From: Eledone cirrhosa
Taxonomy: Eukaryota
Assembly (NCBI GenBank): GCA_964016885.1
Contig: OZ024740.1
Span: 228,904,001 to 228,968,000 of the forward strand
Direction of reading: 5' to 3'
Length of the DNA stretch: 64,000 nucleotides
How positions within the stretch are numbered: position 1 is the stretch's first letter; each line of letters begins with the position of its first letter. Position numbers and translations under genes: made by a program. The notes below the pieces were generated by a model. That model searched no databases. It saw nothing but the letters and a program-made list of their open reading frames with translations, and was not told the DNA's origin. Positions 26,497 through 39,224 of this stretch are shown piece by piece.

Positions 26497-27867
26497 TGAT
26501 CCCCGCACTGCTGACTTCCTCCGTAAAGTCGGAAAGATGGCGGCCCGCTTGAGGGGAGAGCTTTTGTGAGGTGGGGTGGCTGTTGCAGTGAGTTTCTCTG
26601 GCCATTCTCCGCCGGCCACGGCTGAAGCACCGCCCAGACTAGGGTGTAGTGACTACCCCACCTTTCCCTTTCTTGATCCTTCTTTCTTTTTCTCTTCTTC
26701 GTTTTCTCATTTTCTTTCCCAAGTACAATCGGATTATAATTCTTGAAGCAATATTTGCTTTGTTTTTAATGTGTTTTGAAAACAAAGATTCTCTGTTTAA
26801 ACTATTAATCTGTTTAATTTAATTTCTTTTTACAGTTTCATTCGCAGAATTTATTGAATAAAAGTCATACAATGATGAAAATATTAAAAAAGGATAAAAA
26901 CAAAATTAAGTAATGAAAAAAGGGGGAAGGGTTAATGAAGGGCAGATCTGGCTATATAAGAAAGGAAAGGACTATACATGCCATAAATGAGAGGAAAATG
27001 AAAGAAAGAGCAAGGACTATTAGGCAACGGAAGAAAGAAGGGGAAAGGGGAGAGGGTGACATACTCATGATCTAGGTCAGAGCGGTGTTTCTGCTGCGTC
27101 CCGTGGACAAAATTGCAAAGACATTTCAGCGGACAATGGCCAGTGGCACCCGCTACATAGCCACTCCTCCTCGCAGGGCACCTTCCTCAGACGGGCTGCT
27201 GTCGTTCAGATTTTACTGAGGAGCTATTAATTGTAACTGTTGTTGTTAAGCCTCAGTTCAACCCTGTTTCAACAGATCTATTATCAAAAGCGTTCTGACA
27301 GTCGCCATTTTGATTTTCTCTTAGGTACCTAGATGGTTGGATAACATCCAGGAGCTCGGCTGGTTTCACTTGGGGATGCAGCCGGATCAGTTTGTTTCTG
27401 ATGGTTGTTTCCGACAGGATCCGCTGTAAAGAGTACTTGAGGGCTCTTTCCTACACGAGCCTTCCATGAATATGTGGACAAAGAAGAAGAAGAAGAAGAA
27501 GAAGCGTTTGGTATCTTGGTCTGCGATATCTAATAATCGTCCTTTGATATAGAGCTTCCATTACTAGCGTATTTAAGTGGTAGACTAAAGACATCTGTCA
27601 CCACCCGCTTAAGATAAACTACACTAAATAACCAATAATCAATAAACTCTATGACTGACCTTAAATATTCGTCCTTTTTGCGTGTCTCTTTCGCCATCCT
27701 CTTCTCCATTCTGTCCGCCGGGACCACGAGGCGGTCTAACCCTTAACCAGTGACTAGTACATACAGACCTCTATCTCTATCTCTCTCCCTCTCCCTTCCC
27801 TACCCCCTTTCTCTCTCACTCTCTCTCTCCCTTACCCTCTCTCTCTCCTACCCCCTCTCTCTGTCTG

Positions 27868-27912
<45 letters not shown>

Positions 27913-28304
27913 TAGTAAACAGATAAATTAGGGGCAGGTATAAAAGATAGTATGGTCATGGCTGGAAAGCCTTTACAAATACTTCCTCTCGGTCAGGACT
28001 GACCTGGTGTTAAACCCCTCCCCCTCCATTTGTTATCGTCACACTCCTCCTCCTCCTCCTTCCTCCTCCTCCTTCCTCCTCCTTCTTACTTCCTATTATT
28101 CACAGCCTCAACAATGTATTGGAGGAAGGTAGGCCATAATGACCCAGTGTGACCTGTCATCTTCCATTTAAAGTAATACTTCGTCACATAAAGAAAATTA
28201 TTTTATTTGTCTTTTGTATTGTTTTTTGTTCGGTTGTTTTTTTTTTTGTGGTAGTTTTTTTGTTTTGTTTTTAGTGTGAACGTGGGTTAACAAAGAAGAC
28301 TATA

Positions 28305-28384
<80 letters not shown>

Positions 28385-28447
28385 TTTTGTATCTCTATCT
28401 CTCTCTATTTATATATGTATCTATATATATAAATAAATATTAATAGA

Positions 28448-28586
<139 letters not shown>

Positions 28587-28662
28587 AAATGAACAGAACA
28601 AAAAATAGAGAGGCAGTACAAATGATATTGTATTAGTTTCACGCTTGAGAGTGGGTGGTGGG

Positions 28663-28702
<40 letters not shown>

Positions 28703-28925
28703 GTAGGTCCCGGGTTGAGTCGGGGATAACCACAGTAAGTAAGGTACTCAATACATGGCAGAGTAAAATTTTTTTATTTTATAGAAGGAGCTTCTACAGG
28801 ACTGTTTCATTCATCTGAATGAAACAGTACTAGTCCTGTAGAAGCTCCTTCTATAAAATAAAATAAAATATATATATATATGGCCTCAGCCGGATGGCTG
28901 AAACAGGTAAAAGAGTAAAAGTAAA

Positions 28926-28977
<52 letters not shown>

Positions 28978-29137
28978 CGTTTCTGAATTTGTTTAGCAAG
29001 ATTCTTTATCTGAAAACGTGTGTTGAAACCGATATTGTTATACTTTGGGAGGGTCATGTTGCCAATAAGTGACACACTCACCCCTGGTGCGTGTGTTTCT
29101 TATTGGCAACATGACCCTCCCAAAGTATAACAATATC

Positions 29138-29174
<37 letters not shown>

Positions 29175-30603
29175 CAACCAATTATCCACGAAATACTGAT
29201 TAGTTAGCACCCCAAACACTAAATTGGGATAATACTTAAGTATATCCTAATGTTTGTTGAGTGAGATGGAGTTGGTCGGAGTATCGCTTAAGGCTTTCTC
29301 TGTTTATGTATTGTATATATTTGACCCGAATTACTTGGTCGTTTCTTTGGCTGTGCGGATGTTTGTTTAACCATCGTCTCAGTGTGTTTGGCCTTTAACG
29401 TATGTTGTAGCTCTGATTCATCTGAATCATCGAGCGCTTGCCACACATATCGGATGTTGTTTTTCATTAATACCTAAGTCGAAATACGATTCTCGCTAAT
29501 TTATATTTATATATATATATATATATATGTGTATAAATGTAGAAGTTCTATTTAAATTGTTGGGATACAACAAGCAAATATTTTTATAACTGATATAAAG
29601 CACTCAACAAATTATTGGAGTAAAAATATATGTATATATATTTATAAATAAATATATATATTATATATATGTAAGATTTCTACAGGTTAACGTCTGAGAC
29701 AAAACAAAAAAATACGCCACCCTCTAGAGAGTGAGTGAACTCAATATTATATTCAGACGTATATACATAGGTGAGAAAGATTTAAAATGTGCGGTGGAGT
29801 GTGGGTGTTGGTAGGAGGAACTATACACCATTGACTAGACAGCATATCTCAGCTGCGTCCCATGGAGGTATATATGCTGAAGGTGCCAGTCCATCTTGCG
29901 TAGCTCGCACTCCCAATCGAACAGAGTCCAGGTGATGGTTCGGGGGTCCCAGGGTGCCAGATATTACCACCGCTATGAGTTCGGAGGGCATCTAGTACAT
30001 TGTAATTTTCTGGTCTTCAGCCTGTCCGATGAAGCCTGGGTCTAACACAGATTTTACCAGGCTGCTACTGTGTTTTGAACGCAACAACGTAATATCCTTT
30101 AGAAGATCTCTCGACGTGTACTCACTCTGAGTTATTCTTGGGTCTCGAATGATCCACTCCCGCTTATTAATTTTTTTCAAATATTTTCCACTCATCTTCC
30201 TGCTTTTATTCTACACCCCCCCCCCCCCGCTCTTACCCCCCCCCCCCCCCCCTTATTAAATTTTGCTAATCTAATTCCAGCGAAATTTGATTTTAAGTTA
30301 TAGCATTCCTGCGACAATTAATTTTCTTTGTACATTACAAAAAAACAAAAAGTACATTACAAGAAATCCCATAGTTATAAAATAAATAGGATGGGTTAGG
30401 TTCTCAATATGTAATCTAAACGACTAATTCTGGACTTGAAAAAAATCAACGGAGACAACTTAGAAAAATTACCGATTTTCCACCCCACTCTCTATTATAT
30501 GGAACCCGAGAGTACGTCTTTATATAAATATTGAAACTCGGATTGAAAACACTTAGCTTATACTTTGAAATTTATGGACATGAATATTACTTAATCCTCC
30601 TAT

Positions 30604-30849
30604 CAGCTTTTCCCAACATGTTTTCCAAGGAACCACAAGGTTCTGCAAGATAAGATGTCTTTTAATAAAATTTAATAAAAATCAATGCTTTTTTTATTAC
30701 ATGAATAATGTTTTCCCTTTAAAACAAAATTGTATTATATTCAAATTATGGTGGTGTGTGTGTATTGCCCATAAAATGAAAGTATGGTTTTCACGATATT
30801 TGGAATACCATATAAGGATTCCATCAGAAAATTAAGTTTGGAGCCACTG
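30604..30849. mobile_element. Degenerate hAT (Charlie-like) MITE
   Basis: Ends CAGCTTTTCCCAAC...GTTTGGGAGCCACTG form imperfect TIRs. Confidence 0.5.
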
Positions 30850-30934
30850 GGGTATACAACAGGCTTCACAACCCTACAATACTTAAATCAATAAGGTAAT
30901 TATTTAATAAATTAAGAAACATTAAAAATGAGGA

Positions 30935-31090
30935 TGACGGAGGTTTGTCAGAGTCGTTAGAACGTCGGATAGAATGTTTTGTGGTATTTGTTCCGACCCT
31001 CTGATCTCTGAGTTCAAATCCCACCGACGTCAACTTTGCTTTTCATCCATTTATGGTCGATAAAATACCAGTCTAGTACTGGGGTCGATT
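30935..31090 (+). mobile_element. tRNA-derived SINE
   Basis: GAGTTCAAATCCCACC B-box and the family tail. Confidence 0.8.
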
Positions 31091-31646
31091 CTTTCTCGCT
31101 TTCATTCTCTCACTCTCTCTCTCTATCCTTCTCTGGAAGAAATCTGCTGTATTCAGACCTGGAGAATATTTGGGCTCTGCCAGGTTTAAAAAAATGCCCT
31201 TTAAACGCCATATGTCAATATGGCGCCTCTGCGACTCGCTCGGGAATTACGGATTCATATATACATAAGATGAGGAACTTGTATATAATTACATTACAAT
31301 AAATAAGATTGGGAATTTAATTTGTTTAATTTTACTCTTAATTTCAACGGCGTACAAATACTGGATGTAAAAAAAAAAAAAAAAAATGCAAATGGAAGGC
31401 ACCAACGACAAAGTTTCGGGTTCAGCCCCACTGCATGGCAGCTTGGGAAAATGTCTTCTACTATAGCCTTGTGTGGAGTAACGCCTTGTGAATGTGGTTT
31501 GGTAGATAGAAACTGTAGAAGTCAGTCGTATATATATATTTATATATATATAGATGAGATTCTACAGGACTAGAACTGTTTCATCCTGTAGAATCTCATC
31601 TATATTAAAACTTTTATACTCTGCAATGTATTGAGTACCTTACTTA

Positions 31647-31706
<60 letters not shown>

Positions 31707-31833
31707 CTATCCTGATAATTTCCTTCGAATGAAACAGTTCTAGTCTTGTAGAAGCCATTTCTATATTAAATATTTATACTCTGCTATGTATTGAGTACCT
31801 TACTTACTGTGGTTACCCCTGATTGAACGCGAG

Positions 31834-31866
<33 letters not shown>

Positions 31867-32524
31867 AATATTAATACAATAACAGAGATAGTTTAAAGCT
31901 AATCTCTGACTGGTAACCATCTCACTCAACAAACATTAGGTTATATTTTAATATAAACCCAATTTAAGTGTTTGGGGTGTTAACAATATGTATTATGTGG
32001 AAAAGCCAGTTGTATTATTTTATGAGATATATTCATTTTTGTTTTGTGATTCACCAGTGGATACAATTGGTCATTCCGTTTAGTTAAGCATGATGTAATA
32101 GTAGGAAAAGCCCTCTACATTGTGCTACTCATCCATCGTTGATGTTGAATCATGTGACTGGTACAGGAACGGAGTTGAATATTAATTTGATTAAAATAAC
32201 ATGAGGCTGGTCTGGTAATATTCTTTTTAAGTTTTATTGTTGCAAGAAACACTATATATATTTCAATGGCCTGGTTACGTAAGATCCAGGTGATATCATC
32301 AGGTTCGGATTGCTCAAGTAGTTAGTTAGGCAATAAAGGGAATCACGACAGCAAAAAACAGAGAATAGAGAAAATATTTGATACAGAGATTCCCGGGCCA
32401 TCCGCTCCTGATGATGTCACCAGGATCTGACGTAACCAGGACATTGAAATATATATAGTGGTTTTTGCAACTATAAAACTTTAAAGGGGATATCACCAAT
32501 CTGGCATCCTGTTATTCTAATCAC

Positions 32525-32679
<155 letters not shown>

Positions 32680-33045
32680 ATGAAGAGACTAAAATAAAAG
32701 TATTTCAGTCATAATACACCTTAAATAGCACAAGTACTATATAGGCTAAAACCTATACTTTGTAAAGTTTCATTTTTCCAAAATTATTATTATATTTAGG
32801 TGTTATGTAGAAACAGTTATATATATATAATTATATTTAGGGAGTGTATATATATATATATATAACTTAAACCAGTAATAGAGTGAAAGTTATACACACA
32901 CACACACACACATACACACATACACACACACATTTATATATATAACTGAAACGAGTAAAATAAAAGTGTAAATGTTATATATATATATATATATATATAG
33001 CTGTCGAAACGGCCGGAGCTCAGCCGTCGGGGTCCTGACTCTTTT

Positions 33046-33125
<80 letters not shown>

Positions 33126-33266
33126 AAAGTTCTATTTAATTTGTTGGGATACAACAAGCAAATATTTTTATAACTGATATAAAGCACTCAACAAATAATT
33201 GGAGTAAAAATACGATATTAACAAATGGAAATGGTTTTATAAATATAGTTTCCATTTGTTAATATC

Positions 33267-33306
<40 letters not shown>

Positions 33307-33442
33307 AGTGTAATTTTCTACACAAAACGAAGGTTATAGAGAAAATTGAGGTTGGTAATGGCACATGGAATATATAAGAGACAGAATACTTTTTTGTGAA
33401 AAAACATAATTTTATAAGGTAAGGAAATAATAAAGGGTATAA

Positions 33443-33490
33443 AAAATGACCGGTTTCGATGGGTCTGCAAAAGCCATCTTTTCAAATGTT
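33443..33490 (-). ncRNA. Hammerhead motif with U3:A8 core variant (family F), sense to the PLE2 ORF
   Basis: Reverse complement: AACAT TTGAAAA GATGG cttttgcagac CCATC GAA ACCGGT C ATTTT. Confidence 0.65.
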
Positions 33491-33762
33491 GATTAATATT
33501 AAGAAAAATTAATAATACGAAGAGTTAAAATTTGAGACTTGAAAATTCAAGTATAAAATTCATTGTGGGATTTCATAGCAGTTTTCATCTAGGTAGCAAC
33601 AACAGGTTGACTGCTGTGTCCCTTTCTGGTAGTGAATGAGAAGTTATTTGGGGTGTGGGTTATTTTATAAAGGTCAGATTTAGCAATAGCCAGCTGCTGG
33701 TCAGTGAGGGGGTGGAAGCAATATACACACACATACCTTCATCCACACATACATACACATAC

Positions 33763-33809
<47 letters not shown>

Positions 33810-33878
33810 CACACATACATACACACACACATACATATACATACACACATACACACACACACACATATATATACACAT

Positions 33879-33939
<61 letters not shown>

Positions 33940-33970
33940 TATATATACATACACATACATCCAGATACAC

Positions 33971-34074
<104 letters not shown>

Positions 34075-34622
34075 CCACACATACATACACACACACATAT
34101 ATATATACATACACACATACAAACATACACACACACACACCCACACATATATATACACACATACACACACATATATATACACACACACACACACACATGC
34201 ATATATATATATATATACACATACGCATACATCCAGATACCCACATACATACACACACACACACACACACGCACACACAATACATACATCCACATGCACA
34301 CACATACTCACACACACACACACACACATACATACACCCACACACAGAGAAATGGCCTTCAAATATATATATATATATATATATACATACAGACACATAT
34401 ATTTTTTCCATAATATAAGAAGTTGGGGCAGTGAAATTAAAATAATTCTGTGTGCGCATATATATATAGATATACGTGTGTGCACGTGCAGGGTTTAACA
34501 TGGATGTGTTGGTCACACAAAGGCATGGTCTGTCAATGAATAAACCTGATTCTACAGAATTGGTCTCTGGTCTTTAATAGTAGTGATTCCGTGCGTATGT
34601 GTGTTTATATTTTATGACAATT

Positions 34623-36672
34623 CTATTGGGGTGATAACCCGTTTAGTTTTGGTTTAAATTTGTTAAGGAATAGATTTTCTTTGTTTATTCTTTGTTGTTG
34701 TGTGAACGAATCTGAGCACTTGTAGAAGGGGAAGATTTTAAAGTTGGGTAGTGTCATTCCTGCGCAGTTCGCAATATGGCTGCTCAAGGGGATTTTTCTT
34801 GTGTTAGCGTCCCGGATTTGTTGGCGGTGGATGGTCATTCTTTTGCGTAATGAGGTGCCCGTCTGTCCTATGTAGTTGTGTTTGCACCCACCGCAAGTTA
34901 TTGCGTAAATCAAGTTCTCCGAGTTGCAGGTGAAATTGTTTTTTACTGTAAATGTTTGGCCATCTTTGAATGTAAATGTTTGTCCTTCAGTGAGGTAGAG
35001 GCACGTTCCACAGTTTGTTCTACCACATTTGGTAACTGTAGGGTTGAGGATTGGTTTGGGTATATTTGGTCCAGTGAGAATGCGTTTAAGTGATTTGGGT
35101 TGTCTTTTACTTTTAAGGATCTTGTGTGTTTCAAGAATAGACTTCATTTTTACATCTTTAAGTAGGATGGGGAGGTTTTTGTGTAGGTGATCAAACATTT
35201 CGGTATTTCTGGGGTTGAAAGTGGATACATATGGCAGGGTGTTGAGTGTGGTTTTCTGTTTTGGATTGTTAAGTTGATGGGGATTTAGGTGTTTTGCCCT
35301 GTCTATTCCATTGTTGATTATTTCAAGTGGAAAGGCTCTTAAGATAAGGGTGTCTTTTAGTTCCTTTAGTCTTTGCTCCCGTTTAGGTGGATCTGATACT
35401 ATGGTACATATACGTTTGGCCAAATTGTAAGGAATGTTAAGTTTTGTATGTTTTGGGTGACTTGATGTGAAAAAGAGGTATTGCTTGGAATCTGTGGGTT
35501 TATAGAATATATCTGTATCTAATTTCCCGTCTATTACAGAGATGAGAATATCCAAGAAGGCTAATTCCTTAGGATTGGATTCCATTGTGAATTGTATGTT
35601 ATTATCTATGTTGTTTATCATGTTTTTAAACGTAGTAAGTGAGTTCATGTCTTCTTGCCATAGGATAAAGCAGTCGTCTAGATATCTTTTCCAATTGGCT
35701 TTGAGGTGTGTGTGGAAAGAGTCTCCAAATAAGAGAAGGGACTGACTGTATATTTGTTGTTCATGGAATCCCATGACTAGGTTGGCATATGTGGGTGCTA
35801 CTTTCGTGCCCATTGCCGTACCTGATACTTGTCTGTATGTTGAACCATTGAATGTGAAGTAGTTATTTTGTAGGATAAAGCGGAGTCCGTCAGTGATAAA
35901 ATCTGTGTTGATGCGTGTCGGTATTTCTGATGGGTGTGTGTTAAGCCAGTATTGGACTGCTGTTATTCCATAGTTGTGAGGTATGTTTGTGTAGAGGTTT
36001 ATTACGTCAAAGGAGACAAGAATTGTATTTGCACTTACTGTTTTAGGGAGGTGTTTCAGCATGTCAAGGTCATCTCGTATGTAGCTCTGTATATGTTGTA
36101 GAAAGGGTTTCAGTAGGATGTCCAGAAAGTTGCTAAGTCTGTGGGTTTCACATGTAGGGCCTGCTATAATTGGCCTGAGTTTTAGGTCTTCTGGTGGTGT
36201 TAGTTCAATGTAATTGTTGGTTGAGGTGTCACATGCATCGTTTATGGGTTTACATTTGTGAAGTTTCGGTAAGCCGTAAAAAGAGCTTGTATTGCATTTG
36301 AAGTGGCTTATATAGTTAAACTCTTTTGTGGTTAAGCTGTTGCGGTATTTATTCAGTAAGGTCAAAAGGTTCCCCATTGTTTTGGTGTGTTTGTAGTTTT
36401 CTGTTTTTTCATAGTATGTGTTGTTTTCTAAAATGTTAAGTGCGAGGGTCCTATAGTAGTCCGTATTCATAATCACAACAGTACTGCCTTTATCGGCTTC
36501 TTTGATAGTTATCTCAGGGTTGTTTCTAAGTGTGAATAATTCTTCCCATTCGTGTGTAGATAGGTTTGATTTCGTGTGTTTATTTGTAATTGTTTCATAG
36601 GGAAAGTTGGTGATGTGTTCGCAGTACGTGTCCAGTGCTTTATTTCTTCCCTTTTGTGGGCAGAAATTGCTT
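34623..36672 (-). CDS. PLE reverse transcriptase + GIY-YIG endonuclease; uninterrupted frame, 5'-truncated
   Basis: KEADKG, FYGLPKLHK, RPIIAG, SFDVINLYTNIP, GTAMG, RYLDD, FLD, YKPTD, SSHP, CGRTNCGTC linker, LIYAITC..C..YIGQT..LRKRMTIH; the frame stays open upstream of the listed ORF to the inverted-repeat junction. Confidence 0.93.
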
Positions 36673-36703
36673 TTCGTATTATTAATTTTTCTTAATATTA
36701 ATC

Positions 36704-36751
36704 AACATTTGAAAAGATGGCTTTTGCAGACCCATCGAAACCGGTCATTTT
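36704..36751 (+). ncRNA. Hammerhead motif with U3:A8 core variant (family F, inverted copy)
   Basis: AACAT TTGAAAA GATGG cttttgcagac CCATC GAA ACCGGT C ATTTT. Confidence 0.65.
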
Positions 36752-36851
36752 TTATACCCTTTATTATTTCCTTACCTTATAAAATTATGTTTTTTCACAA
36801 AAAAGTATTCTGTCTCTTATATATTCCATGTTCCATTACCAACCTCAATTT

Positions 36852-36894
<43 letters not shown>

Positions 36895-36900
<6 letters not shown>

Positions 36901-37216
36901 ATACTTTGGGAGGGTCATGTTGCCAAAGGAGAGGCACAGAAACAAAGAAAGGAATCCCCAGTCACTGAAGAGGTCACAGAGTGTGTGACGAAAGGACTAT
37001 GACTATATATAAACAACTATCTGGTTGTGGAACCAACCAACCAACCAGAAATTTATAAATTTATAAACTTGTAAATTTATAAATATATAATAAACTGAAG
37101 TGAAAGCAACTGGTGCGTGTGTTTCTTATTGGCAACATGACCCTCCCAAAGTATAACAATATCGGTTTCAACACACGATTTCAGATAAAGAATCTTGCTA
37201 AACAAATTCAGAAACG

Positions 37217-37220
<4 letters not shown>
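36895..37220 (+). mobile_element. Solo terminal fragment of the PLE1 family with a short 5' inversion
   Basis: Matches 11435-11671 and the reverse of 8200-8260; similar fragments at ~28975-29140 and ~62560-62830. Confidence 0.85.
36960..37004 (+). ncRNA. Hammerhead ribozyme motif (family D)
   Basis: AGTCA CTGAAGA G GTCACA gagtg TGTGAC GAA AGGACT A TGACT; 5-bp stem I, 6-bp stem II. Confidence 0.8.
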
Positions 37221-37280
<60 letters not shown>

Positions 37281-37285
37281 CAAAG

Positions 37286-37889
37286 TTGAGTTAGAAACTC
37301 AAAATAGTCTCTTACAATAAAATATCTCAAAGAAAGAGATATTTCCGAGCCGTATATTATAATTAAATATAAAAGAGAGATAAACACAGACATATACATA
37401 TGTGTGTTCAAATGGTAAGGGACCAGATTCGCTAAGGTGAAAAAGATACTAACTATGGACAATAGGTTTTGCCAGACTCAATTTAAGAATAAATCAAGAA
37501 GATAAATACAAACTGGAATTGTGGCAACTACCAATCACTCAGACAGCGTTTGGCGATGCTGTTTCGCAATCCAATTGTGAAGAGAATTACCAATTCTTAT
37601 TGCTTATCAGTGGCTGTAAAATTAGTAAACTCCTCACTTCTAAGTATATCAGAAAACTGAATAGTGCGCGTATATACAATAACGCACGTGGTATCAGAAC
37701 CAAGTGTGTCTCACAAACTCATACCACTAAAAATAGCACCCTAGAGAATCTGGTCCCTTACCATTTGAACACACATATGTATATGTCTGTGTTTATCTCT
37801 CTTTTACATTCAATTATAATACACGGCTCGGAAAAATCTCTTTCCTTTAGCTATTTTATTGTAAGAGACTATCTTGAGTTTCTAACTCA
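37286..37889. mobile_element. Fold-back element with ~145-bp inverted arms
   Basis: ~37286-37430 is the reverse complement of ~37747-37889; flanked by (TA)n. Confidence 0.8.
37540..37612 (-). ncRNA. Hammerhead-like motif with a full stem III and a G8A lesion
   Basis: Reverse complement: CA CTGATAA GCAAT...ATTGC GAA ACAGC atcgccaaac GCTGT C TG. Confidence 0.55.
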
Positions 37890-37900
37890 ATATATACGTT

Positions 37901-38011
<111 letters not shown>

Positions 38012-38369
38012 TGTATGTATGTTTATACACGCGTTTGTGTACCATATTACCTGGGTGGGGCGATTTTAATATCCACACCAGTGGAAGCAAAGTTCCAGTA
38101 AACTGACTCCGGGACTGAGTGATTGTGATTGTGATTGCTCTACTGATTGTGATATTCACTGTGCTTAGAAAGTTGACGATCTTGGGAAAGACATGAACGC
38201 CACAACACATTAGCCTGCACCTAAATGTTTTAGGTGTGATGACTACCTGATGAAAACATCAGAAATCTTCTAGTGTCACACCATCCCTGATAAAGCCGAT
38301 AAACATTCTTGTATAATAGGAAGTCTTAACCGGAAGAGCGTTTGGTGCAAAACGTTTGTATGTATGTAT

Positions 38370-38840
38370 GTGTGTTCTTCTGGTTTTATAATTTCACAAA
38401 TTGTTTCCCAATAGAGAGAGAGTCGGTTTCTAACATAGATACAAGACTCTCTCATTGGAATTTACACAACATCAACTAGGTAGATATGTATGTATGCATG
38501 CATGTGTAGATATGGATGTTATTGTATGTGTGGATGTGTATGTTTTGAGTTGTATGTGTGCATGTGTATATGCTTTGTATATGTACATGTGTATATGCAG
38601 TTATTAGATGCAAAATTTTTGGAATGTTTTACATATTTTTACTGCTCCAATAATGGATTGTACTTGTAATTTCCTAACTAGTTGTTCTTTCTGTTCCTGT
38701 GAAGCCTAGCTTCTCAAGATTTGTATTGAGGCAGTTACTACCATACCCCAGTGCCCCAATAATCACAGGCATAAATCTGAAGGTGTAATGAGGGTGGAGT
38801 ATCTGCAGATTTCTCATCAGTTCTGCATAAATATTCTCCT
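38370..38840 (-). mobile_element. 3' fragment of the R4/Dong-type LINE
   Basis: Near-identical to ~39230-39685; flanked by (TATG)n on both sides. Confidence 0.9.
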
Positions 38841-39135
38841 ATGTATGTATGTATGTATGTATGTATGTATGTATGTATGTATAATATATACATATACATA
38901 CATAAATTTTGTTCACGAAACAATATTCAACCGTATCCGAAGCTATAGTAGTCACTTACCCTTGGTACTATGCAGTAGTCACTTACCCTTGGTACTATTC
39001 ATGCAACCACGAGCCCCTGAGTTCATTCCTACTGCATAGTACCAAGGGTAAGTGACTACTATAGCTTCGGATACGGTTGAATAATGTTTCGTGAACAAAA
39101 TTTGAAGTTGACGGAAACCACAGAAGTTCACCGTG

Positions 39136-39204
<69 letters not shown>

Positions 39205-39224
39205 TTATGTATACGAATGTAATT

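Noticed and set aside
29820-30195. Minus-strand 67-aa ORF in GC-richer sequence
   Set aside because: No motif I can recognise; possibly a retroelement ORF1 relic but unsupported
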